From positions 4,782 through 68,781 of the forward strand of contig JAFCDU010000001.1 of NCBI GenBank assembly GCA_017609535.1: a stretch of 64,000 bases of DNA, in the 5' to 3' direction. Below the pieces are notes generated by a model. It did no database searches. It worked only from the letters and a program-made list of their open reading frames with translations, and was not told the DNA's origin. Source of the stretch: Candidatus Pacearchaeota archaeon. GTDB lineage: Archaea > Nanobdellota > Nanobdellia > Pacearchaeales > GW2011-AR1. This document shows, piece after piece, positions 9,642 to 17,054 of this stretch; within the stretch, counting starts at the first letter, position 1; every line of letters begins with the position of its first letter. The position numbers and the translations under genes are program-made.

Positions 9642-10250
9642 TTATTTCTCACCTTTCTTTGATTTTTTACCTGATTTAACTCTCACTTTTACACTTTTTA
9701 ACAAGATTTCCTTCTTGTTTTCAGGAATATACAACCTCTTTTTACCATTTTTTTCCCTTATCTCTCCTATCAAACCCTCACTTTTCTGTTTTATAGCATT
9801 TACTTGCCCTCTTATTGTGCTTTTATCCTTCCCTAAAAGAGCTGCCAAGTCCTCATAGCTTAGTTTTAACTCACTATTCAACAAAGCCCATACAATTGCC
9901 CTCTCCATTACTGTAAAATTAGATAAAATGGCTGTTTGGACACCCGTTTGGACAGGTGTTTGGACACCTTCAACACCTGTTTGTTTATCAACAGCTGTTT
10001 GTTGCTGTTTGGACAAAAACCATGGATTTTGGACAGAGACAATATTTCTTAATTCTTTCATCTCTTCTTGAAGTTGATAAATTAAATCTTTGAGAGATGA
10101 AATCTCATCTTCATAATTCTTATTTTTTCCGTCAATATGAGTAATCCATTGTCCTACTTTAACAAAATCCTCTCTTACTGCATCAAAAGATTTATGCATA
10201 TCATTCTTTAATTTTTCAATCTCCCTCTTTTTTCTAAGAAAACCAAACAT
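9642..10250 (-). CDS. Protein with N-terminal coiled coil, VQT repeats and C-terminal HTH
   Basis: 202 aa. QTGVEGVQTPVQTGVQT repeats are encoded by four copies of TGTCCAAACA. C-terminal winged-helix-like FTVMERAIVWALLNSELKLSYEDLAALLG. Confidence 0.5.
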   Translation of the reverse strand: MFGFLRKKREIEKLKNDMHKSFDAVREDFVKVGQWITHIDGKNKNYEDEISSLKDLIYQLQEEMKELRNIVSVQNPWFLSKQQQTAVDKQTGVEGVQTPVQTGVQTAILSNFTVMERAIVWALLNSELKLSYEDLAALLGKDKSTIRGQVNAIKQKSEGLIGEIREKNGKKRLYIPENKKEILLKSVKVRVKSGKKSKKGEK

Positions 10251-10331
10251 CTTAATAATTCCTGTTTGACGATATTTATAAATATTTCGTAAATATTTGC
10301 ATTAGGCAATGAAAAATTTTTATTTAAAATT

Positions 10332-10356
10332 TGTTCAAACACCTGTCCAAACACCC
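10332..10356 (+). repeat. Doublet of TGT(T/C)CAAACA motifs, intergenic copy 1
   Basis: tgttcaaacacctgtccaaacaccc. The same 10-mer occurs as a doublet at 12554-12575 and four times in reverse orientation inside the 9642-10250 CDS (9934-10015). Confidence 0.7.
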
Positions 10357-10388
10357 AACAATTAAATTTATCACGGCAAGTTCTTCTC

Positions 10389-10417
10389 TTTCACAAACCT
10401 AACCTAAGTGCATAAAA
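10389..10417 (+). repeat. 29-bp direct repeat, copy 1 (TTTCACAAACCTAACCTAAGTGCATAAAA)
   Basis: Identical to 11078-11106. Confidence 0.85.
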
Positions 10418-10495
10418 TCGCCGGAAGAAAAATAAAAATAAGGCCGCAAAAATGATAAACAGCAAATTTATAAACTTCAAACATCTTAAAATAAA

Positions 10496-10783
10496 ATGAG
10501 ATTTAATAAGCGGATTATATATTCCGGAGCAATCTCTTTAATTATTTTTTTCTTAGCAATGTCCATTAAAATAATCCCTTGCCAGACAGCTCCAAATGTT
10601 CCAAACCCCCAATATTCTTGGAAAATGTGCTCATTAAATCCCGACGCTGAGATAAAAACAGGAACTAAAAAACTATTCTTCGGTTTTAGTGAAAGCTTGT
10701 CAGAAACATATTTCATTGTCCTTTTAGTAACATTTATATTCTCAATGATACTATTACATTTTATAGGAAAAAGGAACATTTAA
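10496..10783 (+). CDS. Hypothetical small membrane protein (alternative: the overlapping minus-strand ORF 10486-10779)
   Basis: 95 aa with hydrophobic N- and C-terminal segments. A TATA-like aatttataaac lies about 25 nt upstream. It shares strand with the following genes. Overlapping ORFs exist on both strands, so the assignment is uncertain. Confidence 0.3.
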   Translation: MRFNKRIIYSGAISLIIFFLAMSIKIIPCQTAPNVPNPQYSWKMCSLNPDAEIKTGTKKLFFGFSESLSETYFIVLLVTFIFSMILLHFIGKRNI

Positions 10784-10819
10784 AAATATTAAAAACAAAT
10801 AAAATAAAGGAGGTGAAAA

Positions 10820-11014
10820 ATGAAAAAACAAGGAGCTGGTCCAGTGGGCATTGTTTTTTGGTTAGTTGGAATTATTGTTTCATTGGCAGTTGGCTTTGGC
10901 CTAATCAGTGGTAGTTTAGCTGTACCATACATAGGCCCAGTCAATCAAATAACTGGCTGGATTGTAGTGATTGGAACTGTTATCAATGTAATACTGGCCA
11001 TATTCAGTCAATAA
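10820..11014 (+). CDS. Small two-TM membrane protein (hypothetical)
   Basis: 64 aa. A strong AAGGAGGTGA RBS lies 6 nt upstream of the ATG. Glycine-rich TM helices. Confidence 0.55.
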   Translation: MKKQGAGPVGIVFWLVGIIVSLAVGFGLISGSLAVPYIGPVNQITGWIVVIGTVINVILAIFSQ

Positions 11015-11077
11015 ACTTACAATTTTCATTTTATTCTTTATTTTCTGATTTATTTCTTTTTCTTTTATTTAAACGAT

Positions 11078-11106
11078 TTTCACAAACCTAACCTAAGTGC
11101 ATAAAA
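11078..11106 (+). repeat. 29-bp direct repeat, copy 2
   Basis: Identical to 10389-10417. Confidence 0.85.
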
Positions 11107-11171
11107 AAATCCCCATAATAAAAAAATTAATCAAAAAATCCAAGAATTCTTCATAAAATACATAAAATTTA

Positions 11172-11227
11172 TATACTTAGGGCACCCTAAATAAACAGAT
11201 ACAACTAAATATAGATCCCTAAGTATA
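11172..11227 (+). promoter_or_regulatory. Inverted-repeat site upstream of the serine recombinase gene; candidate recombination or operator site
   Basis: TATACTTAGGG-CA-CCCTAAATA forms a palindrome with a 2-bp centre. A third half-site CCCTAAGTATA, an exact inverse of the first, lies 35 bp downstream and ends 5 nt before the ATG at 11232. Confidence 0.45.
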
Positions 11228-11231
11228 CAAA

Positions 11232-11990
11232 ATGACTTCATCAAAACCTCTCGCAGCAATTTATGTTAGGGTTTCAACACAAGAACAAGCCCAGCAAGGT
11301 TTTTCCCTCGCAGCACAACAAGAATCCTTGGAAAATTATGCAAAAGCCTTAGGTTATGAAATTTTTAAAATTTACAAGGATGAAGGAAAATCTGCAAAGG
11401 ACATAAAACACCGGCCAGCAATGGTCCAAATGCTTAAAGATGCAGAGAGCAAAAAATTTCAAGCAATATTTATTTACAAACTTGACAGATTTTCCAGAAG
11501 CTTAAAAGACCTTATCCTGACAATAGACAAACTAAAAGAATGGGGCATAGATTTTGTCTCTCTGCAGGATAAAATAGAAACTGCCTCTGCTTCAGGAAAA
11601 CTCATGTTTCACATAATCTCCGCATTCGCAGAATTTGAACGAAACATCATTGGTGACAGAACAAAATTCGGCATGGAGCGAAAAGCAAAAGAAGGAGGAT
11701 TTATAACAAAACCTCCAAAGGGCTACAGGCTAATAAACAAACAACTCGTGGTTGATGAAAAAGAAGCAGAAAGAGTCAAACAAATATTTGAACAATTTCT
11801 AAATACCAAGATATCCCTAACACAATTAGCAAAACAAAATAACATGACAACAGCAGGAGTTAAAAAGCTCCTCCAAAACACAACCTACATAGGAAAAGTT
11901 AAATTCGCAGGAAAAGAAAGCCAGGGAAATCATAAACCCATTATTTCTTTAGGACTATTCAACAAAGTTCAGAATAAATTAAATCTCTAA
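11232..11990 (+). CDS. Serine recombinase (resolvase/invertase catalytic domain plus recombinase domain)
   Basis: N-terminal catalytic motif AAIYVRVSTQEQ (nucleophile Ser), DGKSAKD, RxxxxLDRFSR. C-terminal recombinase-domain-like region ending NTTYIGKVKF...GNHKPIIS. Confidence 0.8.
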   Translation: MTSSKPLAAIYVRVSTQEQAQQGFSLAAQQESLENYAKALGYEIFKIYKDEGKSAKDIKHRPAMVQMLKDAESKKFQAIFIYKLDRFSRSLKDLILTIDKLKEWGIDFVSLQDKIETASASGKLMFHIISAFAEFERNIIGDRTKFGMERKAKEGGFITKPPKGYRLINKQLVVDEKEAERVKQIFEQFLNTKISLTQLAKQNNMTTAGVKKLLQNTTYIGKVKFAGKESQGNHKPIISLGLFNKVQNKLNL

Positions 11991-12521
11991 AACAGACAAT
12001 CCAACCCCCTTCTCTTTAGCCCAGCTAAGCAAAGCAAGCAACTCCTTCCCCCGCAATTCAATAAGAATTTCAGTATCCCCTTCATCACAGCGCTCAATTT
12101 CTTTATCACCCAAAGGAGGGGTCGCATAAAAATTATTAAATTTACAAGTATTATCGCAATATAAAATCCTATTTGTAACTCGCTCAACATCATCTTTTAA
12201 AATCTCAGGAATGTCATCAATTAGTTCAAGAGTTTCATTCAAACGTTCAGCAACCCCCCCTTCTTTAATTTTTTCTCTAATAAATTCTGGCAAATTTGTC
12301 AATTCTTCTTCATTATATTCCTTTAAAGTCAAATTTCCCTTAACATAATCCAAACAATAATCATTTGAATCGCATTTCACAAATAAATCCTCTTTCTCAT
12401 CCGTGACACAAACCCGCAAAACCTTAAAAACATAAAAATAATAAAAATAAACTCCAATAAACAAGATTAATAAAACTAAAATACCTACAATAATCAAAAA
12501 TATTTTCAAACCCCTGCCCAT
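11979..12521 (-). CDS. N-terminally anchored cysteine-containing protein (hypothetical)
   Basis: 180 aa with one N-terminal TM helix, then an acidic domain with 7 Cys. Confidence 0.4.
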   Translation of the reverse strand: MGRGLKIFLIIVGILVLLILFIGVYFYYFYVFKVLRVCVTDEKEDLFVKCDSNDYCLDYVKGNLTLKEYNEEELTNLPEFIREKIKEGGVAERLNETLELIDDIPEILKDDVERVTNRILYCDNTCKFNNFYATPPLGDKEIERCDEGDTEILIELRGKELLALLSWAKEKGVGLSVLEI

Positions 12522-12553
12522 TTAATTATTTAATAAGGCCTATTTATAAATGT

Positions 12554-12575
12554 TGTCCAAACACCTGTCCAAACA
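12554..12575 (+). repeat. Doublet of TGTCCAAACA motifs, intergenic copy 2
   Basis: tgtccaaacacctgtccaaacagcaa. Confidence 0.7.
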
Positions 12576-12595
12576 GCAAAATTTAAATCATCTCG

Positions 12596-13129
12596 TTGTT
12601 TAAACAACCTATGGTCTGTGAAAAATGTGGTTATGCAGAAGAAAAAGAAGCTGAAAAATTCTCTAAAAAACTATGTAAAATCTGTTTTCACTTTGCACCA
12701 GATGATAAACAACTGTTCAAACAATATATAAAAGAAAAAATTGATTGGAGAATTTTAGATACTTTTAGAAAATATCCAAAAGAAAATCCTCTTAAATTAG
12801 GGATGCAAAAAAAAGCAAAACATGGACAGCCAATGACCCGCCCTCCACTCGGCTATTCTCTCAAAGATGGAACGCTCAAACCAAATCAGGATGCATCAAA
12901 AGTCCATTCTCTTTTTAGGGTTTTTCTTGAAAAAAACTATTCCTTAAATTCTCTGGCAAAAAATTACGGGTTATCAGTAAATGGTATAAAAAAAATTCTC
13001 ACAAATCGCACTTATCTTGGAGAAATCAAATTCGCAGGCTCCCTGCATAAAGGGAATCATCATCCCTTAATCTCACCAGAAATCTTTTACGCAGTCCAAA
13101 GAAAATTGCGAACAATCTGTTCAAAATAA
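12596..13129 (+). CDS. Zinc-ribbon plus recombinase-domain protein lacking the catalytic domain (paralog of the C-terminal half of the 11232 recombinase)
   Basis: N-terminal CEKCG...CKIC. C-terminal TRPPLGYSL...TNRTYLGEIKFAGSLHKGNHHPLIS aligns with KPPKGYRL...NTTYIGKVKFAGKESQGNHKPIIS of the neighbouring recombinase. Confidence 0.55.
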   Translation: MFKQPMVCEKCGYAEEKEAEKFSKKLCKICFHFAPDDKQLFKQYIKEKIDWRILDTFRKYPKENPLKLGMQKKAKHGQPMTRPPLGYSLKDGTLKPNQDASKVHSLFRVFLEKNYSLNSLAKNYGLSVNGIKKILTNRTYLGEIKFAGSLHKGNHHPLISPEIFYAVQRKLRTICSK

Positions 13130-13160
13130 ATATAAAATAACCATAAATTACAAAAATCAC

Positions 13161-13901
13161 TTACTTTTTTGCTCTACTCAAACTATTCTGAATTTTTGAA
13201 AGATTAACTGGCCCAACTTTGTCAGGATCTGCCCCAACATATGTTGCAATATCCTTTAAAAAATCAATATATTTCATAGTTACATCAAATTTTTGAACTT
13301 CTGGAAGGTAATCCATTCGTCCTTGTGTATTTTTTCCAGCAGGTTTAAGTCTCACGTAATTTAAAAGAACATTATCTATGGTTGGCATATACTCAAAATT
13401 AATAAGATGAACATGCCCCTTATTTGCTAATCTATTAAGTGTATTGTTTCTATGGTGCCCTTTTTCTGCAAATCCAATAATCTTATAACTAAGGTGCTTG
13501 GCTAATTGCCTCCTATAATCTTCAAAAGTCCCCCCAGTTCTTTCTGATTTTTTCAAAGCCCTTTGTTCAAGAGATTTTCTAAATTGCCTATAACCCTTTA
13601 CAGCAGAAGCACCAGAAAGAACCTCATCTAAACAAATTATTTTCAGCTCTTCATCAGTTTCATACTCTTCAAAAAAATTATCATACCATCTGGACATTAA
13701 CTCATCTCTTTTTCTAAACCTGCTTGAATTTGGCGGGTATTCTACAATTTCTAATGGAAACTTTCTATCAACTATTTTTAAAATATCAATAAAAGGCACA
13801 GCCCCAACTACTGGAGCAAATACAACATCAGGTTTTTCCATATGTATAATGTCTGAAGCCTTCTTAAAACCCTTAACAAGATTCTCTATACTCCCTTTCA
13901 T
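13161..13901 (-). CDS. Phosphoribosyltransferase (PRTase)-fold protein of unknown function
   Basis: 246 aa. PRPP-binding-like motif KIICLDEVLSGASA, preceded by VVFAPVVGAVPF. Confidence 0.4.
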   Translation of the reverse strand: MKGSIENLVKGFKKASDIIHMEKPDVVFAPVVGAVPFIDILKIVDRKFPLEIVEYPPNSSRFRKRDELMSRWYDNFFEEYETDEELKIICLDEVLSGASAVKGYRQFRKSLEQRALKKSERTGGTFEDYRRQLAKHLSYKIIGFAEKGHHRNNTLNRLANKGHVHLINFEYMPTIDNVLLNYVRLKPAGKNTQGRMDYLPEVQKFDVTMKYIDFLKDIATYVGADPDKVGPVNLSKIQNSLSRAKK

Positions 13902-14006
13902 AATAAATCAACAAAAAATAACTATATAAATCTTTCCTTACTAAAAAGTAACAACATTGAAGCAATTTTAATAGAATTGAATATAACTGCCGAAATAAAA
14001 CTAAAA

Positions 14007-14423
14007 CTATCTGTAACTGGTCTGCCTCTTAGCTCTTGCTTTAGAATCATCTGGCTTATATGCTTCCTTTCTTCTAGTATCAGCAACTAAAAGATGCCTG
14101 TCATAAGCAAGATAGGCCCTCCTCAATTTTTCATCTTTAGTAAAAGCAACAATTGCCCTTGCAATCGCCAACCTCGCAGCTTCTATTCGAGAAGCCATCC
14201 CCCCTCCCTTTACAGAAACCCCAATATCAAAATTTAATTTACCCAAAACCTTTTCAGCAATTATCAACGGCTCTTTTAACTCCAATCTTTGCAATTCAGA
14301 AAAAAACTCCATAGGTTTTTTATTAATCCTCACTTTTCCAATTCCTTCTTTAATCGTTGCCTTTGCAATAGAAGTCTTTCTCTTTCCTGAAATAGTCAGA
14401 GTTTTCATTTCAATCGCTCGCAA
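14007..14423 (-). CDS. rps9: 30S ribosomal protein S9 (uS9)
   Basis: GGGMASRIEAARLAIARAI signature and C-terminal KRQTSYR. Downstream of L13. Confidence 0.9.
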   Translation of the reverse strand: MRAIEMKTLTISGKRKTSIAKATIKEGIGKVRINKKPMEFFSELQRLELKEPLIIAEKVLGKLNFDIGVSVKGGGMASRIEAARLAIARAIVAFTKDEKLRRAYLAYDRHLLVADTRRKEAYKPDDSKARAKRQTSYR

Positions 14424-14809
14424 ATTTGTTTAATTGTAACATATCTTAATGGAATCTTTGTCTTAATTTTTTTCACATTTTTCAAATCCTCTTCCTTCAA
14501 ATTTCCAAGCCCAATATAGCATTTTAATCTCCTATAAGCCTCTCGGCCTTTTGTTTTATCCCAAGGAAGCATTCCCCGAATCATCCTTTTCAATAATCTA
14601 TCAGGTAACTTAGAAATTTTTGGTCCTTTTTGAGAATGTAAACCTTTTGCTCTCCATTGCTCAATAACCCTTATTCTATTATTAGCATCTCCAGATAAAA
14701 GAGCGTTCTCAGAATTAATAACAACAACCTCCTCTCCTTTCAGCAAGTCCTTAGCAATATGACTCCCCAATCTTCCTACAATCGCATTTTCAGCATCGTA
14801 AATTATCAT
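14405..14809 (-). CDS. rpl13: 50S ribosomal protein L13 (uL13)
   Basis: MIIYDAENAIVGRLGSHIAKDLL N-terminus. L18e-L13-S9 order. Confidence 0.9.
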   Translation of the reverse strand: MIIYDAENAIVGRLGSHIAKDLLKGEEVVVINSENALLSGDANNRIRVIEQWRAKGLHSQKGPKISKLPDRLLKRMIRGMLPWDKTKGREAYRRLKCYIGLGNLKEEDLKNVKKIKTKIPLRYVTIKQICERLK

Positions 14810-15165
14810 TTCAAAATCTCCAACCCCTTTAATTTAGGATTTTCCTTTAGTTCATCTGCAAGATAAACAAACTCCCCCTTCTTTTTAATCTTTTCAATTG
14901 CACTTTTAGAAATATTCCACGCAACTATCTTAATCTTCTTATTCAAATCCCCCATACCCAAAACCTTTCCAGCAACCAAAACATCTTTTCCAATTTTATT
15001 AATATCATCTAAATTCCAAACCCTCTGCTTTTTAACCGGTTTAGCCAGCTCCTTCGCAACCAAAGGGTTATTCTTTTTCAAGAAAATGAGTGTTTTGACT
15101 AATTCAGGATTTTTTTTCTGCTTAATTCGCCTTTCAATTCTTGTTTTGCTTATTTTTTGTTCCAT
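14806..15165 (-). CDS. rpl18e: 50S ribosomal protein L18e (eL18)
   Basis: 119 aa, basic, conserved position upstream of L13. Confidence 0.75.
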   Translation of the reverse strand: MEQKISKTRIERRIKQKKNPELVKTLIFLKKNNPLVAKELAKPVKKQRVWNLDDINKIGKDVLVAGKVLGMGDLNKKIKIVAWNISKSAIEKIKKKGEFVYLADELKENPKLKGLEILK

Positions 15166-15304
15166 ATTATTTTTGTAGAAATCTATGATTCCTACTCCGC
15201 GCCGATCTCAAATGTTATAAGATTATAACAAGACTGGAAGCAAGCCAGTTTTCTCAGCTCGCAGGTATAATATTATTTAATCCTCCCTTTATAAAACTTC
15301 CCAA

Positions 15305-15388
15305 TGAGGAGAGAAGGATTCGAACCCTCGCAGGCACTAAGCCAACACGGCCTTAACGTGTCCCGTTTGACCACTCCGGCATCTCCTC
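15305..15388 (-). tRNA. tRNA-Leu, type II; anticodon loop TTAAGGC gives apparent anticodon AAG (unusual)
   Basis: Minus-strand acceptor GAGGAGA/TCTCCTC. Anticodon stem ACACG/CGTGT. Variable arm GGC-TTAGT-GCC. T arm GAGGG-TTCGAAT-CCTTC. Discriminator A. Confidence 0.75.
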
Positions 15389-15421
15389 ATAAAAAACTAA
15401 TAGAATTATAGCTTTTAACTT

Positions 15422-16117
15422 TTACTTAATCGCCTTTTTGACCTTCCCTAAATCCTCTTTTAGTGCCTTAACAGCTTCTAAAAAAATATCCTTAGCATTA
15501 ATCATTCCCCACGACTCAATAAAAAAAACCAACTCTTTACTCGGCTCAACTGAAATCCCCTTAAAATCTTCAACATCTTCCGGCTCTAAATCCCCTGCCC
15601 ACTCATTAACAACCCGCAATTTATCATCAAATTCAAAAATTTCAGGATAGAGCTCTGCCAATTCAGAATGTTTCTCACCTTCTTTATCAATTTTAATCTT
15701 ATTCAAATATTTATAATAAGCAAGGCCAGGAACAAATTTTGCATGCTCTTTGCCAGTCCCCTGCCGAGCCCTCGCAACCAATTCCAATTCATGTCCTTTT
15801 TCCAGATAAACAATTGGCATCTCAGGATAAACAACTTCTTTGCCTAATTCTCCTGCCAAAACCTCACCCCCTTTAACTTTCAATTTAAAATTTATACTTT
15901 TTCCAGAAGCAACTTTCTGATTTTTTAATGGGATTAATCCAAGTCTATGAGCCAAAACCTCGTCATATAAGGCAGAATCATTTTTGTAAATATCAACTTC
16001 ATCAATTGCAAGAATCGGAATGCTGTTTACACTTCTTCTTATTGCATTTGCCAGTCCAATCTCTATATCTGTAATAAAAATAATTTTTTCCTTGCTTTGT
16101 TCAATTTTTTTCATCAT
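15422..16117 (-). CDS. rpoD: DNA-directed RNA polymerase subunit D (Rpo3)
   Basis: 231 aa. Conserved position adjacent to S11/S4/S13. LGLIPL motif. Confidence 0.8.
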   Translation of the reverse strand: MMKKIEQSKEKIIFITDIEIGLANAIRRSVNSIPILAIDEVDIYKNDSALYDEVLAHRLGLIPLKNQKVASGKSINFKLKVKGGEVLAGELGKEVVYPEMPIVYLEKGHELELVARARQGTGKEHAKFVPGLAYYKYLNKIKIDKEGEKHSELAELYPEIFEFDDKLRVVNEWAGDLEPEDVEDFKGISVEPSKELVFFIESWGMINAKDIFLEAVKALKEDLGKVKKAIK

Positions 16118-16144
16118 TTTTTTTCGAAATTTTTATATTTAAAC

Positions 16145-16531
16145 TTATACCCTCCTCCCTCTTCTCCCGCCCTTCTTTTTTGATCCGCCCCTAGGAATTT
16201 TCGTTACATCTGAGATACTTAAAATTTTCATTCCCTCTTTTGTTAAAGTTTTGACAACTGCGTGTGCACCAGGCCCAGTCCCAGGACTTCCGGTTTGTGC
16301 GCGAATCCTTACATAAATATTTTTTATATTATACTCTTTAGCAAGCTCTACAATTCTTTTTGCAATAAACATAGCAATTGTGGGATTTGCCTTCAACCGA
16401 TTATGCTTTGTAACCTGCCCTCCAGAAACTCTTCCAATTGTATTTCCAGCTAAATCCGTAATTTGGGCAATTGTATTATTAAAACTAGTATAAATGCTCA
16501 CAATCCCAATCATTTCTTCCTTATTTGCCAT
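16145..16531 (-). CDS. rps11: 30S ribosomal protein S11 (uS11)
   Basis: GIVSIYTSFNNTIAQITDLAGNTI and C-terminal GGRRGRRV. Confidence 0.9.
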   Translation of the reverse strand: MANKEEMIGIVSIYTSFNNTIAQITDLAGNTIGRVSGGQVTKHNRLKANPTIAMFIAKRIVELAKEYNIKNIYVRIRAQTGSPGTGPGAHAVVKTLTKEGMKILSISDVTKIPRGGSKKKGGRRGRRV

Positions 16532-17054
16532 CTTGATTTTCTTTTGATTTATTTTCTTCTTGTTTTATTTCCTTCTTTTCAACATTCTCTGCTTTAATTC
16601 TTCCTTCTTTCAAACTAATTTTATTCTCTAAGTCAGTGTTGATAAAAAAACTTGGAACATTAACTATTTTTCCATCGACAAGAACATGTTTATGAACAAT
16701 TAATTGCCTCGCTTGCTTAATATTATTTGCAAGTTTTTTCTTGAATACAAATGTTTGCAATCTTCTATCAAGCCAGTTTTCAATCTTTAAACCCAAAACA
16801 TCGGCAATATCACTAATTTTAAATCCCATCTTATTCAATTTAGCAAAAAATTCTTGTTTTCTTTCTTCAGATTCTGGAATTAAACTCTTCGCCCGCCTTC
16901 TTATTTTAGAGATTTTAGAATCCGCCTTCCAAATCTCCTTTTTATTTTTTAATCCATATTTTTTAATAAGTTCATTTTCTTCTTCAATTCTCTCTTTGTC
17001 AAAAGGCTGTTTTGGCCTTCTGAATCCTTTTTGTTTTTTCTTTATGCCTCCCAT
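16521..17054 (-). CDS. rps4: 30S ribosomal protein S4 (uS4)
   Basis: 177 aa with an S4 RNA-binding domain (QLIVHKHVLVDGKIVNVPS). Confidence 0.85.
   Translation of the reverse strand: MGGIKKKQKGFRRPKQPFDKERIEEENELIKKYGLKNKKEIWKADSKISKIRRRAKSLIPESEERKQEFFAKLNKMGFKISDIADVLGLKIENWLDRRLQTFVFKKKLANNIKQARQLIVHKHVLVDGKIVNVPSFFINTDLENKISLKEGRIKAENVEKKEIKQEENKSKENQDGK

Noticed and set aside
9934-10015. Possibility that the TGTCCAAACA copies represent a diversity-generating retroelement template/variable repeat pair
   Set aside because: No reverse transcriptase gene is present in the window. The intergenic copies are only 20-25 bp and inverted relative to the coding copies.
10486-10779. 97-aa minus-strand ORF overlapping 10496-10783 on the plus strand
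   Set aside because: The plus-strand ORF is preferred for its leaderless promoter-like box and for sharing strand with downstream genes. This remains an open alternative.
10389-11106. CRISPR array
   Set aside because: There are only two copies of the 29-bp repeat, separated by 660 bp that contains ORFs. There are no cas genes and no regular spacing.
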